Assembly (NCBI GenBank): GCA_018675685.1
Contig: JABGXP010000010.1
Coordinates: 49,427 to 113,426, forward strand
DNA: 64,000 bases
Origin: a bacterium
GTDB taxonomy: Bacteria > Patescibacteriota > Minisyncoccia > Moranbacterales > DUUL01
Reading direction: 5' to 3'
Position 1 is the stretch's first letter; each line of letters opens with the position of its first letter. The notes under the pieces were generated by a model. It was not told the DNA's origin, did not search any database, and worked only from the letters and a program-made list of their open reading frames with translations. The translations under genes were made by a program, and so were the position numbers. This document shows, one piece after another, positions 58,136-64,000 of the stretch.

Positions 58136-58570
58136 ATGAAGATTGGAAAAGACTATATCGGGGTTGGAGGAGGAATCCTTATTTTCAATGAGAAGGACGA
58201 GATTTTGCTCTTAAAAAGAGGGATTAAATCTAAAAATGAAATTGGTTTTTGGCAAAAACCAGGAGGAGAGGTTGATTATGGCGAAAAAGTGAGCAGGTCA
58301 ATGAAAAGAGAGGTTAAAGAGGAAACTGGCCTAACGGTTGAAATTTGGGGATATTTGCCTCACACTGATCATATTATCGAAAAAGACCAACAACATTGGG
58401 TGGCTTTCAATTATCTCGGAAGAGTAGTTTCAGGTGTTGCCAGAATTATGGAGCCTCAAAAGTGTGAAGAATTGAATTGGTTCTCCTTGGAAAATTTGCC
58501 AAAAGGAACTCAGCAAACAACAAGAGAGTCAGTTGAAAATTTTCTTAAAGGAAAGTATATTGAAATCTAG
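58136..58570 (+). CDS. NUDIX hydrolase
   Basis: Nudix box GGEVDYGEKVSRSMKREVKEETGL. Confidence 0.85.
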   Translation: MKIGKDYIGVGGGILIFNEKDEILLLKRGIKSKNEIGFWQKPGGEVDYGEKVSRSMKREVKEETGLTVEIWGYLPHTDHIIEKDQQHWVAFNYLGRVVSGVARIMEPQKCEELNWFSLENLPKGTQQTTRESVENFLKGKYIEI

Positions 58571-58765
58571 AGTTATTTTTTGTAACAAAATTCGTTGGAT
58601 TATTTAGTAGATTCTTCCACTTTCTATATGTTAGTGTTTGGTCATCTAAGAATATAGTAAATAACTTAATGAAATCAAGTATACTTTTTCGTTTAATGCA
58701 TAATGCGTTTTCCGAGTAAACTTGAATAGAGAGAATTTAATTTGTTTGAATATTTTCCACAATAT

Positions 58766-59770
58766 ATGTTTTTCAAGAGAATCGGAATCGACCTTGGAAC
58801 AGCCAATACTTTGGTCTTTGTTCCAAAAAAAGGAATTGTAGTAAATGAACCCTCAGTCGTAGCTGTTACAATGGACAATAACAGAGTGATTGCTGTTGGA
58901 AATGAAGCAAAAGAAATGATTGGAAGAACTCCGGATATTATAACAGCGTATCGCCCTTTGAAAAATGGTGTAATCGCTGATTATCGTGTAACAGAAGCGA
59001 TGCTTAAATATTTTATTGCGAAAGTTAGCCCAAAAATTAGATTTTCAAAGCCTGACGTGATGGTTTCAATTCCAGCTGGTGTAACTTCCACAGAAAGGCG
59101 TGCTGTTGTGGAGGCGACAATTAAAGCTGGCGCAAAAAATGCATATATAGTAAAAGAACCAATCTTAGCTGCAATCGGAGCGGGTATACCAATTAATAGT
59201 GCGAGTGGAAATATGATTATTGATATTGGTGGTGGAACATCTGAAGTCGCAGTAATTTCTCTAGGAGGAATTGTTTCTGCTCACAGTGCACGAGTCGGAG
59301 GTGATCGAATCGATGCTGCAATCGCTCAGTATATCAAGAAGAAGCACGGACTTGCGATTGGTGAACGGACAGCAGAAGAAGTAAAAATAGAAATAGGTAG
59401 CGCCTTGCCTCAAGTAAAAGAGGAATATGTTGAGGTCCGTGGACGAGACTTGATGGGTGGTTTGCCAAAAACAATCAGAATTTCAACAAATGAAATTACC
59501 GAAGCAATTCAAGATGAACTTAGGGAGATTATCAATGCTGCAAAAAAAGTGATGCAAGAAACACCACCAGAATTAGCCGCTGATATTATGGACAAAGGAA
59601 TAGTGCTGTCTGGAGGAGGAGCATTATTAAGAAACCTCGATCGACTTATTACAAAGGTAACAGGGGTCCCCTGTTATGTTGCAGATGATGCACTGCTTTG
59701 TGTCGCAAAAGGGACCGGAGCCGCATTAGATAACTTGGATATCTACAAAAGAACAATATCAATTAAATAA
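58766..59770 (+). CDS. mreB: Rod shape-determining protein MreB
   Basis: RIGIDLGTANTLVFV, the actin-fold phosphate loops, and DIGGGTSEVAVISLGG. The ORF track began at a TTG at 58742. The ATG at 58766 is more likely the start. Confidence 0.9.
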   Translation: MFFKRIGIDLGTANTLVFVPKKGIVVNEPSVVAVTMDNNRVIAVGNEAKEMIGRTPDIITAYRPLKNGVIADYRVTEAMLKYFIAKVSPKIRFSKPDVMVSIPAGVTSTERRAVVEATIKAGAKNAYIVKEPILAAIGAGIPINSASGNMIIDIGGGTSEVAVISLGGIVSAHSARVGGDRIDAAIAQYIKKKHGLAIGERTAEEVKIEIGSALPQVKEEYVEVRGRDLMGGLPKTIRISTNEITEAIQDELREIINAAKKVMQETPPELAADIMDKGIVLSGGGALLRNLDRLITKVTGVPCYVADDALLCVAKGTGAALDNLDIYKRTISIK

Positions 59771-59941
59771 ATTTGGAATAACTTTCTGAAATAAAAACAG
59801 GCAAAAACCTGTTTTTTTAGGTGCAACAAAAACAACCAGATATTGACAAAAAAAGAAAAACAATGTATAAACAAGATAGTAACTTTTGAGTCATTCTAAT
59901 TTTTATACAACTTAGCAACTTTTTAACAAAAGGAGAACAGG

Positions 59942-60439
59942 ATGTACAAAAAAACCAGCAGTTTATTGGCGATCGTTTTTTTTGGAATTATCTTTTGTGG
60001 ACTAGCATCCGCCGCGGATAAAGAGATAATAGGAAAAAGGGAGATAATAATCAAAACTTCTTTTGCTGACTCTGAATTACCTGAGCGATACCAGGAGGAT
60101 TCTGCAAGGGAGAAAGTTGAAAAGGAATTAAAAGCAGCGGTGATTGCAGAGAAAGTTCAACATGTTGACTATGTTGGTGGTGAGTTGATTGTATACTCTT
60201 CGGGAACTTTGGTTGATTGGAATTTAATGAAAGAATATATTACTATTGAATATGATTCCGTTGGTAAGTTCGCGAAAGGAACACTCACTGTCCCCCGGGA
60301 CTTCTTTCTGAAATATCTGGAAGACAATGTTTATCCAGGGGCAATCCCAGCTTATTACCTTGATAACTATGGGAATGACGGAAACTTTGAATCAGGGGAA
60401 GCCCAAAATGGTTATGGGGTAAAAAAAGGATTTGAATAA
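59942..60439 (+). CDS. Hypothetical secreted protein
   Basis: Signal peptide (LLAIVFFGIIFCGLASAADKE). SD AAAGGAGAA. No recognisable family. Confidence 0.4.
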   Translation: MYKKTSSLLAIVFFGIIFCGLASAADKEIIGKREIIIKTSFADSELPERYQEDSAREKVEKELKAAVIAEKVQHVDYVGGELIVYSSGTLVDWNLMKEYITIEYDSVGKFAKGTLTVPRDFFLKYLEDNVYPGAIPAYYLDNYGNDGNFESGEAQNGYGVKKGFE

Positions 60440-60508
60440 TATTTGAGAACTATAAAAAAGGAGATAAAGCTCTTTCTGCAGATTGTGTGGAAGGAGTTTT
60501 TATTTTTT

Positions 60509-60537
60509 CTTGCCAAAACAACCCAGCTTTAATACAA
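60509..60537 (+). promoter_or_regulatory. Promoter TTGCCA-N17-TACAAT for the first GT4 gene
   Basis: Spacer conserved with the murA promoter at 56428..56456. Confidence 0.5.
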
Positions 60538-60584
60538 TGAAGCTAGCTTGTAAATAAACAGAGGATTTTAAAAAAGGAAAATAG

Positions 60585-61664
60585 ATGAAAATTGGGATTG
60601 ATGCATCACGTGCATTAATAAAGCAAAGAACTGGAATTGAAGAGTATGCATATCAAACGATTAAGAATCTTCGGGAACCTCTTGGGGGCCATGAAGTCTT
60701 TTTATATATAAAGGAAAAAGATCAAAAGAATCTTGATTTTAAACTTCCAGTAAACTGGACGTTGAAAGTTGTTCCATTTAATTATTTTTGGACACAACTG
60801 GGACTTTCTTGGGAGATGTTAATGAGACCAACTGATATTCTTTTTATACCTGCTCACACTGTTCCTTTTGTATACCCAAGAAAAACAGTTGTTACGGTTC
60901 ATGGACTCGAATACGAGCATTGTCCAGAAGGATATTCCCTGTACTCAAGGTGGTTTCATCATTTTTTTATAACTAGAAGTTGTCGCTGGGCGAAAAAAAT
61001 TATAGCAGTTTCTCAGAATACAAAAAAAGATCTAAAAAAAATATACAAGATTCCAAAAGAAAAAATTTCAGTCGTATATAATGGCTTTGAATTGAGCGGT
61101 GGTAGTAATGAGATGGTAACTGAAAAAGAAGAGGTTAACTACATTTTATATATTGGAAGAATCGAAGAGCGAAAAAATATTAAGAATATCGTTAAAGCAT
61201 TTGAAATCCTTAAGAAGAAATATGGGTATAAAGGAGAACTGTTATTAGCCGGAAAGTCTGGATATGGGCATGAGAAAATTAAAGAGACAATAAAAAAGAG
61301 CGAATTTAAAAAAGACATTAAATGTCTAGGGTTTATTTCGGATAAAGAAAAACAGGAGTTATTAACTGATGCAGATTTGTTTCTTTTCCCTTCCTTGTGC
61401 GAAGGTTTTGGAATTCCAATTCTTGAGGCACAAAGCGTGGGGACGCCAGTTGTAACTTCAAATTTTGGTCCAATGGATGAAGTTGCTGGGAATAATGAAA
61501 TCTTAGCAATTCCAACTCATCCGAAACATATTGCAGATGTCGCGCAAAGAATTATATCAGATGAAAAGAAATGTAAAGAAGTTGTTAAAAAAGGTTTTGA
61601 GAATACAAAAAGATTCTCTTGGAAAAAATGTGGTGAAGGCGTAGCTAAAGTTTTATTAAATTAG
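60585..61664 (+). CDS. Glycosyltransferase family 4 (GT4)
   Basis: GT-B C-terminal motif EGFGIPILEAQSVGTPVV (E-x7-E). Confidence 0.85.
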   Translation: MKIGIDASRALIKQRTGIEEYAYQTIKNLREPLGGHEVFLYIKEKDQKNLDFKLPVNWTLKVVPFNYFWTQLGLSWEMLMRPTDILFIPAHTVPFVYPRKTVVTVHGLEYEHCPEGYSLYSRWFHHFFITRSCRWAKKIIAVSQNTKKDLKKIYKIPKEKISVVYNGFELSGGSNEMVTEKEEVNYILYIGRIEERKNIKNIVKAFEILKKKYGYKGELLLAGKSGYGHEKIKETIKKSEFKKDIKCLGFISDKEKQELLTDADLFLFPSLCEGFGIPILEAQSVGTPVVTSNFGPMDEVAGNNEILAIPTHPKHIADVAQRIISDEKKCKEVVKKGFENTKRFSWKKCGEGVAKVLLN

Positions 61665-61744
61665 TTTTATTGCGACCAGGGTTTCTTGAGATGACAATAG
61701 AAAGAGATAATAGCGAGTATCATTAATGATTAGCGACAATAAAA

Positions 61745-62845
61745 ATGAAAAATATTGCCTTCGTGCACGACTTTCTTTTATATCATGGAGGAGCTGAGAG
61801 CACGCTAAGCGTGATGAGTGAGATCTTTCCAAAAGCTCCTATTTTTACATTGCTCCAAAACAAGGAGTTTGTGAAAAATAATTTTTCACAACAAAAAGTC
61901 GAGAGTTCATTCTTGCAAAAAGCTCCAAAGTTTTTCTTGAAAAGACATCGAATCTTGTCGCCAATGATGCCAACTGCAATCGAAACTTTCAACTTAAGGG
62001 ATTTTGATATAGTCATTTCCTCTTCTTCGGCCTTTGCGAAGGGGATTGTTGTGAAACCAAAAACAAAGCATTTTTGTTACATGCATGCTCCCATGAGATA
62101 TGTTTGGGATTGGAGCCATGAATACCTTGAGGAACAAAAATTAAAAGGAAAAACAAAGTTACTCACTAGATTTCTACTTAGTTATTTGAGGATGTGGGAT
62201 AGAGCGAGTGCAGAGAGAGTCGATAAGTTTATTGCAAACTCTAAGTATACAGCGAGGAGGATTAAGAAATATTACCGAAAAGAATCGGAAGTTATTTACC
62301 CACCTGTTGATATTGAGAAATTTTGCCCACAAAAAAAACATGATGACTACTTTTTGACAGTCGGTAGGCTTTCTCCGTACAAGAGAACGAAGTTGATTGC
62401 CGATGCTTTTATAAAACTAAAACTCCCACTCGTAATTGTGGGTGATGGTCAGGAAAGAGAACTGCTGGAGAATGTCGCAAAGGAAAATAAGAATATTAAA
62501 GTTCTGGGATGGGTTGATGAGCAAGAAATAACAAAACTATATCAAAATGCAAGAGCTTTTGTTTGTGCTTCTGAGGATGATTTTAATATTACCGTTATTG
62601 AGGCTATGGCAGCAGGAAAACCAGCAATTGTTCTGCGAAAAGGCGGTACAGCAGAAACTGTGATAGAAGGGAAGACAGGAGAATTTTTTGATGTTCCGCA
62701 ATTGGAAATTCTAGCAGACGGAGTAAGGAGGTTTATTGAAAATGAACATAAGTATAACCATCTGGATATTCGCAAGCATGCGGAGCAATTTTCCAAGGAG
62801 GTATTCAAGAGAAAATTAACAGAGTTTATTGAAAAAAACTCATAG
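61745..62845 (+). CDS. Glycosyltransferase family 4 (GT4)
   Basis: EDDFNITVIEAMAAGKPAIVLRKGGTAETV. Confidence 0.85.
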   Translation: MKNIAFVHDFLLYHGGAESTLSVMSEIFPKAPIFTLLQNKEFVKNNFSQQKVESSFLQKAPKFFLKRHRILSPMMPTAIETFNLRDFDIVISSSSAFAKGIVVKPKTKHFCYMHAPMRYVWDWSHEYLEEQKLKGKTKLLTRFLLSYLRMWDRASAERVDKFIANSKYTARRIKKYYRKESEVIYPPVDIEKFCPQKKHDDYFLTVGRLSPYKRTKLIADAFIKLKLPLVIVGDGQERELLENVAKENKNIKVLGWVDEQEITKLYQNARAFVCASEDDFNITVIEAMAAGKPAIVLRKGGTAETVIEGKTGEFFDVPQLEILADGVRRFIENEHKYNHLDIRKHAEQFSKEVFKRKLTEFIEKNS

Positions 62846-63770
62846 TAAAAAAGCAATGGAAACCATTAATCAAAAGCAGTGGAATTTTCTTGAAAAGACA
62901 GAAAAAAATAATTCACTTGTTAGTGTTTATCTTTTTTGTGGTCCTTCAAAAATTGGTAAAAATACCATGGCTTTTGATTTCGTGCGGAAAATCAATAATC
63001 TTGAGGAAAAAACGAATATTGAAGATGGTGCAAATCCAGACGTGATAGTTGTTGCACCAAAAACAGAAGAAAAAGCTAAGAAAAAAAGAAAAAAAGATAT
63101 TTCAATTGAGCAGGTAAAGGAAGCCATAAAGAGTGTTGGGTACTATCCGTATAAAGCTAAATATAAAGTTTTAATAATCAAGGAGGCGGACAGAATGACT
63201 GCTTCAGCAGCGAATAGTTTGTTGAAAATTATGGAAGAACCAACCTCTGATACGATTATTATTTTAGTGAGCGACAATGACCTGCGACTTCTTTCTACAA
63301 TTCGCTCCAGGTGTCAAATTATTAGATTCGGACTCGCAAGTAAAGCTGTGATATCAAAACAACTTCAATATGAAAATGTTGAATTTGAGGAAGAAGAATT
63401 AGAAGAAGTGGTAGAATTTTCACAAGGAAAAATTGTTAAAGCTCGAGAATTTTTGACCAACCCTGATAAGCTTAAATTGACAAAGGACAATTTAAAAAAT
63501 TTCAGAAGTGCTCTCAAAAAAGGAGTACTCGAGGGCTTTATGCTCTCAGATGAGCTAGCTAATGACAAGGAGCAGCTCAGAGAGTCATTGGAAGAGATCA
63601 CTTGGTATTTACGTGAACTTATTAAAAAACAAATAGATATCGGTGCAGACATGCGTGTTGCTAATAAAATTTCTCTTATAATAGAAAAATTAATCAAATT
63701 ACGTAAGGAACTTCTAACTAGCAATGTCAATCAAAGGTTGCAATTGGAAAATTTTTTTGTGCAGCTATAG
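62829..63770 (+). CDS. holB: DNA polymerase III subunit delta-prime (HolB)
   Basis: P-loop-like GPSKIGKNTMA, KVLIIKEADRMT, and the SRC motif STIRSRCQIIRF. The start may be the ATG at 62856. Confidence 0.8.
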   Translation: MKKTHSKKAMETINQKQWNFLEKTEKNNSLVSVYLFCGPSKIGKNTMAFDFVRKINNLEEKTNIEDGANPDVIVVAPKTEEKAKKKRKKDISIEQVKEAIKSVGYYPYKAKYKVLIIKEADRMTASAANSLLKIMEEPTSDTIIILVSDNDLRLLSTIRSRCQIIRFGLASKAVISKQLQYENVEFEEEELEEVVEFSQGKIVKAREFLTNPDKLKLTKDNLKNFRSALKKGVLEGFMLSDELANDKEQLRESLEEITWYLRELIKKQIDIGADMRVANKISLIIEKLIKLRKELLTSNVNQRLQLENFFVQL

Positions 63771-63887
63771 CTCAAAGAGACCAAGCTTTAAAGAAGTTTT
63801 TTTATTTTGGAATATTTGGAGGCAATTTCTTTACTGTGCTACAATTGAGAATAGTTCGCGGATACTTTTTATAAAAATAAAAATAAA

Positions 63888-64000
63888 ATGAGTTTATTTG
63901 ACAAGGACGAGCAAGGAGAGCAAAACATTTCTTTTCTAGGAAATCTTTTCCATGGAGCCACCTTCTATGTTTTTATGGTACTTCTTGTTGCGGGAGTTAT
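63888..64000 (+). CDS. Partial CDS (N-terminus only; runs off the window end), hypothetical membrane protein
   Basis: ATG at 63888: MSLFDKDEQGEQNISFLGNLFHGATFYVFMVLLVAGV... Confidence 0.3.
   Translation, partial: MSLFDKDEQGEQNISFLGNLFHGATFYVFMVLLVAGV

Overview
This window looks like a compact, low-GC bacterial chromosome segment with almost no spacing between genes and no Shine-Dalgarno (SD) sequences upstream of core genes. Protein identities are deeply divergent, so I infer a reduced genome, probably Patescibacteria/CPR-like (Candidate Phyla Radiation, a lineage of small-genome bacteria). The backbone is housekeeping: uvrB, recO, tgt, rodZ-like, recA, pth, rlmH, glgP-type alpha-glucan phosphorylase, pcrA/uvrD, rsmA, ruvB, dnaJ, murA, mreB, holB, secG, one tRNA-Glu(UUC) and a single-cluster ferredoxin. 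Around these are cell-envelope and carbohydrate genes: glycoside hydrolase family 1 (GH1) and a GH5-like hydrolase, two GT4 glycosyltransferases, an LCP-family protein, an RlpA-like protein, a PrsW-like protease, major-facilitator (MFS) transporters, a CDP-alcohol phosphatidyltransferase and a CdsA-like gene. Six things stand out. (1) A 1103-aa single polypeptide made of two complete PilB/GspE secretion-ATPase modules fused in tandem. (2) A 900-bp GC-richer stretch upstream of rlmH holding two small SD-bearing ORFs (39 and 60 aa), each with a canonical TTGACA-TATAAT promoter, a long leader and its own terminator. (3) A GC-richer purL(purS-fused)-purQ / cdsA-like-purM island with strong SDs and a duplicated ~60-bp leader element. 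(4) A three-member paralogous family of membrane-anchored proteins sharing a 4-Cys C-terminal domain that resembles GH73-type glucosaminidase; two are in tandem and the third sits beside a secreted right-handed beta-helix protein. (5) A membrane-anchored ClpA/B-like double-AAA+ protein whose first P-loop is degenerate. (6) A tRNA-Glu-adjacent islet of small SD-bearing genes marked by a repeated perfect palindrome ACCCATTTAAATGGGT operator-like motif and an inverted copy of the tRNA 3' end. I found no CRISPR array, transposase, integrase or reverse transcriptase. All calls come from reading motifs by eye; no database searches or computations were run.
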